This document shows, piece by piece, positions 28,011-36,844 of a stretch of 64,000 nt of DNA. The DNA comes from Candidatus Omnitrophota bacterium (GTDB taxonomy: Bacteria > Omnitrophota > Gorgyraeia > Zapsychrales > Fredricksoniimonadaceae): positions 50 through 64,049 of the forward strand of contig JADFXX010000012.1 in assembly GCA_015233335.1 (NCBI GenBank), given 5' to 3'. The translations under genes were made by a program, and so were the position numbers. Position 1 is the stretch's first letter, and every line of letters begins with the position of its first letter. The notes below the pieces were generated by a model, which was not told the origin of the DNA, ran no database searches, and worked only from the letters and a program-made list of their open reading frames with translations.

Positions 28011-28277
28011 TTAATAAGATGTATGGGTCGTGATATTGGTATGCTGGGCACAAGTCGTGTTAGTGGCAATAACCGTATTTGAATGTGATGTTGAGTCTGC
28101 TCCGTTAGAAACATTTGTCAGAGCACCGGCTACCCCCAGCGCTGCGACTGTTGACAGGCCAACCTTTAAAATGGTCTCCTTGCTGACAAATCCATCCTCG
28201 TCTTTCATCAACTCACCAAGTGACTTAGTCAGCCCAACCTTTTTCTTTATGGCCTTGCTTTTAATTTTCTTTTTCAT
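28011..28277 (-). CDS. 88-aa candidate modified-peptide precursor (Lys-rich N-terminus, hydrophobic core, His/Thr/Ser/Asn-rich C-terminus)
   Basis: GGAGG 9 nt upstream of the ATG. The start overlaps the 3' end of the rSAM/SPASM gene by 17 nt. C-terminus is SHSNTVIATNTTCAQHTNITTHTSY. Confidence 0.6.
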   Translation of the reverse strand: MKKKIKSKAIKKKVGLTKSLGELMKDEDGFVSKETILKVGLSTVAALGVAGALTNVSNGADSTSHSNTVIATNTTCAQHTNITTHTSY

Positions 28278-29676
28278 CAGGAGCCCCTCCTAGTGTCCAG
28301 CGTTGAAAAATCTCCCCGTATTTATGGCCGCTCAACAGATAAGAAAAAACCGTTCTAAATTGATGTGTCAAAATTTGCTGCAAACGCGAGCCTCCCTTAA
28401 TTATAACATTTTTTTCAACGGCATAATTCACCACAGGATCAACTCCGCGCCAAGGGCTGAAAACAGACCGGTAGTTCCACAAATCAGAACAACCGGAGCT
28501 TAAAAGAAAAAAGAGATTTTCCTTATTAAGCATATCGTCATAGCCTTCTTTCATGATATTCCCCAGCCGGAAAATATCATCCTCGATCATCCTGGCCTCA
28601 TCGGTCGGATAACAGCCCCCGTCCGGCGCATAGACCATGACCGCCCGCCCGGCCCCGCAGGGATTCATCATATCCACATAACCCGGATCCCGCTTATGCA
28701 AAACCTTGGTCAAAATGGTCCTGGCCATGCGTTCGCTGATATGGGTGCCTTCTGTATTGACTTTCATTATATGGGCCATCGCTTTGGTATAAAACACATT
28801 AAACTCTTCTGCCGAATACCCAACATCCTCCCAACTCTGACACGCATATCCTATCTTATTAACCGGCCTTAAGGCGATCTCAGTTTGCCCTAAACGCAGG
28901 TATTCATCAACGATTCTTTCAGGGTGCGCTAGGGAATGCTTTGTGATCGTTGGCAGCATATGAACCTTTCGGCCGAATTTCTTCGAAAAACGCATGATCT
29001 TCTCCACCACCTGAGCATGTGTTCCCCCCCCGCCCGCATCGATCTTGTTTTTATCATGGATATCTGCCGGACCATCCAAAGACGTACAGACATCAACATT
29101 ATGCTCTGCCAAAAAACGCATTTTCTCATCATCCATGAGCAACAAGTTGGTCACAAGGACAATGTTTAGTTTCTTTCCCAGGGTGTTAAACTTGTGCGCA
29201 TGCTCGGTCAAAAATTCAATCGCCGGCCAGTTAAGCAGCGGCTCTCCCCCCTGAAACTCAAGCGTCACGGACTTATTTTGAACATCAAAAAGGTATTGTA
29301 ATACCCGGCTGGCCGTCTGAGTAGACATGTCCTCAGATGAAGACCCTCCCTTGGCATGGCAATAATTACAACGCAAATTACACCTTTTGGTGACAACCGC
29401 GATATGAAGCCCTGTGTCTGAAAATAAATTTGCGTTTAAATTCCTGTACCCTTCCATAACACTGCGAATATTGTCTTCATTAACGATCAGACCCCGTCCT
29501 AACAAACGATTAAATAAAGCCCCTCCCTCCATCACGCGCAGGCTATGCAGCTGCCGGAACTCTTTTTCACTCAAAGCGTCCCAGCAACCCATCATATTAG
29601 TCACTAAATATTTGTTATTGATCTTTTCAGTATTAAACGGAAGAATGGAGGACTGCGCGGTTGTTGTCATATACAA
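28261..29676 (-). CDS. Radical SAM/SPASM peptide-maturase-like protein (anSME/HxsB-like architecture)
   Basis: ~95-aa N-terminal extension (ILPFNTEKINNKYLVTN..LSEKEF), then VTKRCNLRCNYC, FQGGEP, and a C-terminal CGAG...GGCYPTDE Cys region. Confidence 0.75.
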   Translation of the reverse strand: MYMTTTAQSSILPFNTEKINNKYLVTNMMGCWDALSEKEFRQLHSLRVMEGGALFNRLLGRGLIVNEDNIRSVMEGYRNLNANLFSDTGLHIAVVTKRCNLRCNYCHAKGGSSSEDMSTQTASRVLQYLFDVQNKSVTLEFQGGEPLLNWPAIEFLTEHAHKFNTLGKKLNIVLVTNLLLMDDEKMRFLAEHNVDVCTSLDGPADIHDKNKIDAGGGGTHAQVVEKIMRFSKKFGRKVHMLPTITKHSLAHPERIVDEYLRLGQTEIALRPVNKIGYACQSWEDVGYSAEEFNVFYTKAMAHIMKVNTEGTHISERMARTILTKVLHKRDPGYVDMMNPCGAGRAVMVYAPDGGCYPTDEARMIEDDIFRLGNIMKEGYDDMLNKENLFFLLSSGCSDLWNYRSVFSPWRGVDPVVNYAVEKNVIIKGGSRLQQILTHQFRTVFSYLLSGHKYGEIFQRWTLGGAPDEKEN

Positions 29677-29684
29677 AAGGTCTG

Positions 29685-30131
29685 TTATTTCTTATGTCTA
29701 GATGCTGTCTTGGGCTTCGCGGCCCCCTGCTTGTCCTCTGCCTCAAGCTCCTTGATCAAATTCTCGATCTCTTTTTCTTCGGCTTCTTTGACAATGGACG
29801 GCGATGCTGAAAAAAGGGCCCGCTGCAGCAAGGTTTTCATGTTATCTGCGTTGGTCTTCAAACTGCTAAAATAATGAGCATAATTAAGCAATTCATCACA
29901 AAATTCCAGCGCCAGCTTCTCTATGTCTTGATCTTTACTTTTAGGCTTAAGCCACGCCGCGACTAAATCCTTCTTCTCCTCTTCTAACCTGACATGCGCC
30001 CGGTCCATAAAAGCATAACCGGCAGAATGGACCGACTGTAATGGATATACTTTCAAATCAACCGCAACCTTGATCCAGTCATTAGCTTTTTCAAATTGGG
30101 CTTTCATATGAACCTCTAAATTTCCTCTCAA
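29685..30131 (-). CDS. Small helical protein, possibly HxsD-like
   Basis: First gene of the operon. IKVAVDLKVYPLQSVHSAGYAF and FCDELLNYAHY faintly recall the HxsD (LLNDYxLRE) family; memory-based only. Confidence 0.3.
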   Translation of the reverse strand: MRGNLEVHMKAQFEKANDWIKVAVDLKVYPLQSVHSAGYAFMDRAHVRLEEEKKDLVAAWLKPKSKDQDIEKLALEFCDELLNYAHYFSSLKTNADNMKTLLQRALFSASPSIVKEAEEKEIENLIKELEAEDKQGAAKPKTASRHKK

Positions 30132-30183
30132 TAGATTTAAATCTTCCCCCTGTTACTTTCTAAATTATACACATTCTCAAATA

Positions 30184-31260
30184 CTATACAACGGTTTTCT
30201 CTCCTTGGTTTCCCGACAAAAAATCCAGATGCCCCAATGGCCTGTTCTTTTGGGTAAATTTGGCAATTCTGGCCATCATGCGCACCGCCTCCAGGGGATA
30301 TTCCCCTATAGCTGTTTCTTCGGATAGCATGACGGCATCTGTTCCATCTAGAATGGCGTTCGCCACATCCGTGACCTCTGCGCGTGTGGGACGCACATTC
30401 TGGACCATTGATTCGAGCATTTGGGTGGCGGTAATAACCGGCTTCCCCATGATATTAGCCTTCTGAATAAGTTTTTTTTGAATAATAGGAACCTCTTCAA
30501 TGGGGACTTCGACGCCCAGGTCTCCCCGGGCGATCATGATCGCATCCGCCGCTTTAAGTATTTTATCAAAATTCTCAACTGCCCCCTGTCGCTCGATCTT
30601 GGCGACCAAATAAACAGTCTTGCCCCTTTTTTTAGCAAATTGCCGCACTTGATCGATATCTTTAGCACTCTCTATAAAAGAAAGACCAAAGATATTGACC
30701 CCTTGCTTTAGGGCAAAATCAACTATTTGTAAATCTCTCTCTGTGATCGGATTGATACGCAGTTTTGCTCCGGGCAAATTAAGCCCTTTATGCGAGAGAA
30801 GTTTCCCTCCTGTAATGACCTTGCAAAACACGTCATGATCATCTGTTTTGATCACTTTTAGCTGGATAAATCCATCATTAAGATAAATGATACTGCCCCG
30901 GGAAACCGCCCTTGAAAGCCGTTTATATTCAACAGGAATCAGGGTATCTGTGCCTACGACATTTCTTGTCGTAAGTACAATGTCCTCATGTTTTTTAAGG
31001 ATAACCGCATCATTGAGAAGACTCCCGACGCGTATTTTGACACCGGGCAAATCAACGATAATACTGACCGGACGGCCTATTTTGCCCGCGGCCGCACGGA
31101 TATTGCGGATGTTTTCGGCATGCTCCCCAAAGTCACCATGGGAAAAATTAAGACGGGCCACATTCATTCCGCTTTTGATCAAGCCTTCAAGCTTGAAAGG
31201 CGCCCGGCAAGCAGGGCCGATCGTACAGACAACTCTTGTTTTATGGGGAGATTGTTTCAT
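30184..31260 (-). CDS. pyk: Pyruvate kinase, short form lacking the C-terminal regulatory domain
   Basis: [38 protein letters not shown] motifs. Only 358 aa, ending soon after the A-domain. Confidence 0.9.
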   Translation of the reverse strand: MKQSPHKTRVVCTIGPACRAPFKLEGLIKSGMNVARLNFSHGDFGEHAENIRNIRAAAGKIGRPVSIIVDLPGVKIRVGSLLNDAVILKKHEDIVLTTRNVVGTDTLIPVEYKRLSRAVSRGSIIYLNDGFIQLKVIKTDDHDVFCKVITGGKLLSHKGLNLPGAKLRINPITERDLQIVDFALKQGVNIFGLSFIESAKDIDQVRQFAKKRGKTVYLVAKIERQGAVENFDKILKAADAIMIARGDLGVEVPIEEVPIIQKKLIQKANIMGKPVITATQMLESMVQNVRPTRAEVTDVANAILDGTDAVMLSEETAIGEYPLEAVRMMARIAKFTQKNRPLGHLDFLSGNQGEKTVV

Positions 31261-31407
31261 ATATTTTCTTAACGCAATATCCGCTTAAATGGCAAACCGG
31301 CAAGTTCCTTTCTTATATATACTATAATGAATTTAAAACCTATAACAAGAAAATTTAGCCCCTCTACGCCACACCTTGAACTTCCCCCAACATAGGATAT
31401 ACTTGAA

Positions 31408-31938
31408 TTGATGAAGCTGTACGTTATTATTCTTTCATTGTTGTTGCAGGGTTGGTTGTTAGTACCTTGTGTGAAGGCCTCGGAAGCAGACTTTGAATGG
31501 AACGATGCTGTACGGTCTGCCCAACAGGGTGAGCCTGATTTTGCTTTTATGGGCTTTCAAACAATCACACAAGCATACCCTAATTCGAAATACGCCCTTG
31601 CCGCAGAATTTGCCCAGGCAGAATACTTCTTTCTCCAGAACAATTTCGATCTAGCCGCCAGTGCCTTCAAAAATTTCTTTACCAAATATCCCCAGCGTAA
31701 GGAAGCTCTGGCAGCCTTAGGTTATCTTTTTAAAATAGCACAGATCCAAAAAACCCCGAATGAGGCCAAACAATACCGCCACAGAGCGGCATCCTTTCAA
31801 CAGCTTGCGTTTATCTTTAATGAAAAAAAATCATTTGAGTTTCTCTCCGGGTTTGGACACAAGCACAAACTGGTATTAACCATAGATAAAATGGAACTTT
31901 ATGTTAACGGCAAACTATTTTCAGAGGTCCCCTTCTAA
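31408..31938 (+). CDS. Exported TPR-like repeat protein (YbgF/CpoB- or BamD-like)
   Basis: Signal-like N-terminus. Two ..YP.S.YA..A......F......A...F......YP... repeats typical of TPR-type envelope proteins. Confidence 0.4.
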   Translation: MMKLYVIILSLLLQGWLLVPCVKASEADFEWNDAVRSAQQGEPDFAFMGFQTITQAYPNSKYALAAEFAQAEYFFLQNNFDLAASAFKNFFTKYPQRKEALAALGYLFKIAQIQKTPNEAKQYRHRAASFQQLAFIFNEKKSFEFLSGFGHKHKLVLTIDKMELYVNGKLFSEVPF

Positions 31939-33778
31939 ATGGAAACTCGCGATCATTTTCATTTTGGTTATTTCCGCGATGATCACGGCCTTTTCTTTTT
32001 CCATCAACCGCTATCTTCCCAAGTATGCGCTCGCCTTTTGCGATATCTTAAACCAGCAGTTGGCGCTTAAAGTATCTTTTAGCTCTATCCATTACCGTTT
32101 TCCCATCTACCTGATCCTAAAAAATGTCAAAGTTTGCGTCAACTCTGAAAACGCCCCAATGCTTGCGGCCCATCGGATAGTCATGAGTTTGAGCATTCCC
32201 TTTTCTGCATCAGGGCCTTCTTTTAATAATGCGGTATTGGATCATACGACGATGGACTTGGAGTCTTTAAAGAATTATTGGAGAAAGTATCGCACCCCTT
32301 TAAGTGCATGGACCCATACTCTTCCCAGAGAAAATTCTGGAATTATTATACACAACGGAGAGCTTTACCTGAAGGGGCTCGACAGCAAGCCGTTTCCTTT
32401 TGAAGTTGATTTCAGCCGTAAACAGGATCATGTCAGCGCTCAAGGATTCTGGATCAATAAAGACAAATTCAATTTCCAATTATACGGGGATCTGGCGCAA
32501 ACGAGTTTCAATTTGAGCAAACTTTTCATAGAAGGCGGGCCATCTTCCATCAATCTCTGGGGCAAATGGCAGGAAAACACCATCGATTGGAAAGGATTTA
32601 TTCTTTATAAACAATTCTATATCCTGGATATCCATGGGCATTTAAATATAGCCGATACGGACATTGTCCTTAAAAGTCTGTCCTTTTCTGTCAATGGGAA
32701 TGATATGACGGCACAAGGGAGTTGTTCAAAATTAAAACTCTTTTCATGTGAAGGGGACATGACGCTCGCAAGGCAAAAACAACATCCTAGTTATGATGAC
32801 CCTTTGAAAAAGATTAGTTTGCACCTAAGCTCACAAAATACCCCCAAAGACATTTTATTTAACGGACAGGCTGACCTGTACTTTCTTTTTGACCCCCATT
32901 ACCCTTGGCCTCTAAAAAGCATGCATGTTAATTTTAAAAACTTAAAAACGCGTCTACTCAATACGAATTTCCTAAAATTAAAAATCGACCATATAGACGC
33001 CTCTTGGATGAGTCCGGATGAGCATAAAATACCCGTGGAAAATCTTTTAGCCAGTGTCCATTTAGACCAGCCGCATAACGCCATCATTGGTTTGTCAGCA
33101 CGGATGTATCAGGGGCGTTACCGCGGCCGGGTTTTTATTGATACGGCGACTACGCCTTGGATCATCAAAGGACAGGGGAAAATCGACGGAACAGATATCA
33201 GCCGTTTGGGCCGCACCTTTTTTGTGTTAGAGCAATACCGCGGCATTTTAAACAGCCGCTTTGATTTTCAGTCATCAAAAAGTATTCAGCTTAACGGGAC
33301 TATGGTCATCCGTCACGGTGATTTTAATGACCTTCATTTCTTGCCGTGGTTGGCCAATCTGCTGCAAATGCCGGCTCTAGGGCACCTTCAAAACGCAGAA
33401 TTGTCCTGCCGTTTCAAAATCGATGAGGATTCAAAAAATTTGGATGATTTTAAACTGCACACGGATGATCTTGATTTGAGCGGATTTTTTTATCTTGATG
33501 CCCAGGATCTGGTTTCAAGCCGGATTTCTGTGCGCTTCTCGAAAACACTTCTTGGCCAATCCCCCATCGGACGCAATCTCATGGGCTTAGTCCGGGAGGC
33601 ATGGGCTCTGCCTTTTGAATTTAAGCTTTCCGGCAATATCTATAAAATGAATTTCCAATGGGACAAATCCCCATTGAAAGACAAAGTACGCCAGCACATA
33701 TTCCCTTTTATGGAAAAAATAATTGATCAGCAGGTAGAGTCTCCCCCGTCGGTAATCAACGAGCGTCCCGGCTTTTAA
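31901..33778 (+). CDS. Membrane-anchored large hypothetical protein
   Basis: 625-aa ORF with a single N-terminal TM segment (WKLAIIFILVISAMITAF); no catalytic motif recognised. Confidence 0.5.
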   Translation: MLTANYFQRSPSKWKLAIIFILVISAMITAFSFSINRYLPKYALAFCDILNQQLALKVSFSSIHYRFPIYLILKNVKVCVNSENAPMLAAHRIVMSLSIPFSASGPSFNNAVLDHTTMDLESLKNYWRKYRTPLSAWTHTLPRENSGIIIHNGELYLKGLDSKPFPFEVDFSRKQDHVSAQGFWINKDKFNFQLYGDLAQTSFNLSKLFIEGGPSSINLWGKWQENTIDWKGFILYKQFYILDIHGHLNIADTDIVLKSLSFSVNGNDMTAQGSCSKLKLFSCEGDMTLARQKQHPSYDDPLKKISLHLSSQNTPKDILFNGQADLYFLFDPHYPWPLKSMHVNFKNLKTRLLNTNFLKLKIDHIDASWMSPDEHKIPVENLLASVHLDQPHNAIIGLSARMYQGRYRGRVFIDTATTPWIIKGQGKIDGTDISRLGRTFFVLEQYRGILNSRFDFQSSKSIQLNGTMVIRHGDFNDLHFLPWLANLLQMPALGHLQNAELSCRFKIDEDSKNLDDFKLHTDDLDLSGFFYLDAQDLVSSRISVRFSKTLLGQSPIGRNLMGLVREAWALPFEFKLSGNIYKMNFQWDKSPLKDKVRQHIFPFMEKIIDQQVESPPSVINERPGF

Positions 33779-33787
33779 TGACCGGTT

Positions 33788-35266
33788 TTATTTGACCACC
33801 GCCGCCACCGTCAGCGGAGCTGAAGCACTATTGATGGTATTAGATACAGGAAGAATGATACGAAGCAATTTAGTCAGGACTGTTGAAGGCACATAGAGAT
33901 AATCACCGGGTTTTAAAACCAGATTTTCGCTTAAGTTGCCCTGATAAAGCAAGGCGTACAAATTCACGTGTCTGATGACCCTGGCATATACGCCCGGTGT
34001 GATGATCTGTGTCTTGCGCATAGCAGCACCCGTGGTCGGCAAACCTGCCAGCATAACAGCTTCCGTCACAGTGATCGTGTCAGAACGCATAAAATATTTG
34101 CCGGGATTCGCCACCTCTCCGACAATATAAATCGCCTTGCTTTTAAACTCTGTAATCGTGACACTGACCTCCGGAGCGCTAACGTAGGCAGAGATAATAT
34201 TCTTAAGCTTGTCCTCCAATTGCCCCTTGGTCATGCCGGTCACCTTGATGTCCCCGACGAATTTATATTGCACTTTTCCCTCAAGGCTTATGGGATAAAC
34301 CCCGCTGAATTCCGGATGACCGGCCACGTTAATATCAATCACATCATCGGGCCCCAAGGTATACTTAAGGGCATCAAAATTCCTGCTAATTTTGTTTTTA
34401 CTCTCCTGTATCTCGGACACCAGCGCCGGCACATACAAGCTGTCTCCGGGATATAACAATACCTCTTCTTTCACCTCTGTGGAATAAAGCAGTGTGTAGA
34501 GATTAATTTCCTGGGTCGTTTTGTCCTTCCTTAAGATCTTGGCTTTGTTCAGCGCGGCCGCCTTGGTAGGCAGGCCTGAAAGCATCAAAGCTTCTTTCAC
34601 GGAAATACTTTCAGAACTCATGTTGTACTTGCCGGGCTTTAATACTTCACCTAAAACATAATAAACTTTTATTGCATCAGGCACATATAAGGTGTCCCCG
34701 GAACTTAGGACCATATTTTGGGAAGTATCCCCCTGATAAAGAAGCGCAAAGAGATCAACTTCCTTAACGCTCTTCTTATCTGTCCCCGCGGTAAAAATCA
34801 GCACCCTATGCAATGCCGCAGTTTGTTTGGGTAAGCCTGCCAACATGACTGCCTCTTTAACCGTGATCGTTTCGGATTGAATGGAATACCTGCCGGGCCG
34901 GGCCACCTCTCCTAAAATATATACGTTCTTACTTTGAAACTGTGTAATGATAACATTAATTTCTGGTGACACCACATACTTAGCAATGCTTGTTTTGATC
35001 TTTTCTTCCAGTTGCTCCTTATTTAAACCCGTGACATCAATATCTCCTACATAGGTATATTGGATCTTCCCATCCTGTCCCACGTGATAGGTACCGCTAA
35101 ACTCCGGATGCTTCGAAACATCAATCTCAATCGCATCGCCGGGGCCAATAGTATATTTTGACTGAGGGTCCTGTGCATGGGCCAAAGATAAAAAACCAGC
35201 CATGCCAAGACTCAACAAAGATAATACAAAAACTCTCATATATCTGTACTTAAAAACCCTTCCCAC
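33788..35266 (-). CDS. Polysaccharide export protein (Wza-like), internally duplicated Poly_export/SLBB modules
   Basis: Two copies of Y.(I/L)GP.D.I.I.V..HPEFSG.Y....(D/E)GK.QY..VGDI.VTG....QLE.K and three (I/V)(L/V)GEV..PG.Y soluble-ligand-binding-like blocks. Signal peptide starts from M10. Confidence 0.75.
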   Translation of the reverse strand: MGRVFKYRYMRVFVLSLLSLGMAGFLSLAHAQDPQSKYTIGPGDAIEIDVSKHPEFSGTYHVGQDGKIQYTYVGDIDVTGLNKEQLEEKIKTSIAKYVVSPEINVIITQFQSKNVYILGEVARPGRYSIQSETITVKEAVMLAGLPKQTAALHRVLIFTAGTDKKSVKEVDLFALLYQGDTSQNMVLSSGDTLYVPDAIKVYYVLGEVLKPGKYNMSSESISVKEALMLSGLPTKAAALNKAKILRKDKTTQEINLYTLLYSTEVKEEVLLYPGDSLYVPALVSEIQESKNKISRNFDALKYTLGPDDVIDINVAGHPEFSGVYPISLEGKVQYKFVGDIKVTGMTKGQLEDKLKNIISAYVSAPEVSVTITEFKSKAIYIVGEVANPGKYFMRSDTITVTEAVMLAGLPTTGAAMRKTQIITPGVYARVIRHVNLYALLYQGNLSENLVLKPGDYLYVPSTVLTKLLRIILPVSNTINSASAPLTVAAVVK

Positions 35267-35436
35267 CTTAATTTCTCCAGGAAATAGTTGATTATAAAAT
35301 CGTTCGATATTGCATGCCTAGAATCCCTATATTTTATATCTAGCAATTTTCATACCAATCCATGACAAAAAATATTATGCCCACCGCAAAGCTATGTTTC
35401 TCAGACGTTTAGATATTAATTATATTAGGATTGAAT

Positions 35437-36084
35437 TTATATTAAAGTGAAGGATTGTTGACTTTTCTCAACAACAAGAAAGCCATCCAGCGGTTCTACT
35501 TTTAGAGAGTACTGTGACAAATTAAAAAGCACCCAATCTTTCGACTGAGTGCTTTTTAATTTGGTTGCGGGGACAGGATTTGAACCTATGACCTCCAGGT
35601 TATGAGCCTGGCGAGCTACCGGGCAACGCTCAAGAGCGCTGAATTTAAATGACTTGCAACAAATATTGCCACTATTTGCCACTACCTTCTTGATTTTACG
35701 AACACATTTCCCAATATTTTCCTTTATTTGAAAATCCCAAAACCGCAGAACTATCCATCCCTCTTTGTTTAATTGTTTTGTGCATATCTTATCCCTCTGG
35801 ATGTTCCTTTTTATTTTAGGAATCCAATAATCTGTGTTACTCTTAATCTTCGTGGTTAATTTTCTAAATTCATAGCCATGCCAAAAACTAGAATCACAAA
35901 AAACGATCACTTTTCTCCTAGGCCATACAAAATCTGGTCTCCCAATGATAGTCTTTACATTCCTTCTATACCCTCTAATACCACATTTCCATAATTCTTT
36001 GGACATCCCCTCTTCCATTTTTGTTTTAGATGAAGGAATGCATGACATTATATGCGATGTAACCCTAGCGGATCTCTTCTTCAT
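35437..36084 (-). CDS. vsr: Very-short-patch repair endonuclease (Vsr) with a read-through C-terminal extension
   Basis: GRPDFVWPRRKVIVFCDSSFWHG ... YWIPKIKRNIQRD ... GWIVLRFWD motifs. The Vsr-like part ends near residue 135. The ORF then continues through attR into flanking DNA. Confidence 0.8.
   Translation of the reverse strand: MKKRSARVTSHIMSCIPSSKTKMEEGMSKELWKCGIRGYRRNVKTIIGRPDFVWPRRKVIVFCDSSFWHGYEFRKLTTKIKSNTDYWIPKIKRNIQRDKICTKQLNKEGWIVLRFWDFQIKENIGKCVRKIKKVVANSGNICCKSFKFSALERCPVARQAHNLEVIGSNPVPATKLKSTQSKDWVLFNLSQYSLKVEPLDGFLVVEKSQQSFTLI
35562..35624 (-). repeat. attR: duplicated 3' 63 nt of tRNA-Met (not a functional tRNA)
   Basis: Identical to 51883-51945. The sequence diverges where the D-arm/5' half of the tRNA should be. 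Confidence 0.9.
35666..35684 (+). repeat. Two TTGCCACTA direct repeats, candidate arm-type recombinase binding sites (attR side)
   Basis: TTGCCACTA at 35666-35674 and 35676-35684. The same doublet occurs at 51699-51718. Confidence 0.5.
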
Positions 36085-36139
36085 AAAATATTATTAAAGA
36101 CCTTTTGCATTCATAAACTTTATGTATTAAATTAAACCT

Positions 36140-36844
36140 ATGCCTGACATGCTATCTCAAATAGAAAAAGATCGTCTAATCAAAGGATTGACATCAGTTT
36201 TTGCAGTCCCTTTTATAGATGATATAGAAGATTTTATTTGGGAAGCTGTTTTTGCTTATGTAAAAAGTATCCCCATAGCAAAATTTAGAAATAAAAAATT
36301 ATTTGATGTCATTGACCCTATCCAAAAAAATGGCTGGTCAGTGAAAGCTTTGCAGTGGCGCGTGCATCCAGGAGTAGAATTTGAGTTGGTTGTGCAGCGT
36401 GCAGACATTATAAAAAAAGCTAAAGAACTGGGGTTCTCCCGCTTATCCTTAAAATCTCCTGAAAAAGACCTCGGCGCGGCTCTGCTTAAACATTGGCATA
36501 AAAAAATCGAAGAAGACGTTGTAAGTCAAAACGTTATTAATAAAAAAATATGCGTTCTTTTGAAGTCAGAACACAGAGACAAATTTGCATTTTACGAAGA
36601 CGATGTTCTCATCTACCAGCCCAACGATTTATCCTGGAAATGGACAGACAAGTCAAAAACCGGACTTCAAGGCTTAAGAAAAAGCGACGGTTTCTGTATT
36701 TACCGTTGGTATCCTAATCAAAAACAATTCTTTGAAAGATTCGTCCTTCCGCAAAATGCTTTTATATTTGAACTTAACCTAAAGAAAATTACCATAGAAG
36801 AAATCATCGACTTACTAGAGACCCACCTAAACAGCATTCCATAA
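36140..36844 (+). CDS. Putative type II restriction endonuclease (assigned by position only)
   Basis: 234-aa ORF lying between vsr and a C5-MTase, convergent with the MTase and overlapping it by 41 nt. No catalytic motif confidently recognised. Confidence 0.4.
   Translation: MPDMLSQIEKDRLIKGLTSVFAVPFIDDIEDFIWEAVFAYVKSIPIAKFRNKKLFDVIDPIQKNGWSVKALQWRVHPGVEFELVVQRADIIKKAKELGFSRLSLKSPEKDLGAALLKHWHKKIEEDVVSQNVINKKICVLLKSEHRDKFAFYEDDVLIYQPNDLSWKWTDKSKTGLQGLRKSDGFCIYRWYPNQKQFFERFVLPQNAFIFELNLKKITIEEIIDLLETHLNSIP

Noticed and set aside
35562-35624. A second tRNA-Met gene
   Set aside because: Only the 3' 63 nt (part of the D arm, the anticodon arm, the T arm and the acceptor 3' strand) are present. 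The 5' acceptor strand is missing, so this is an att repeat.
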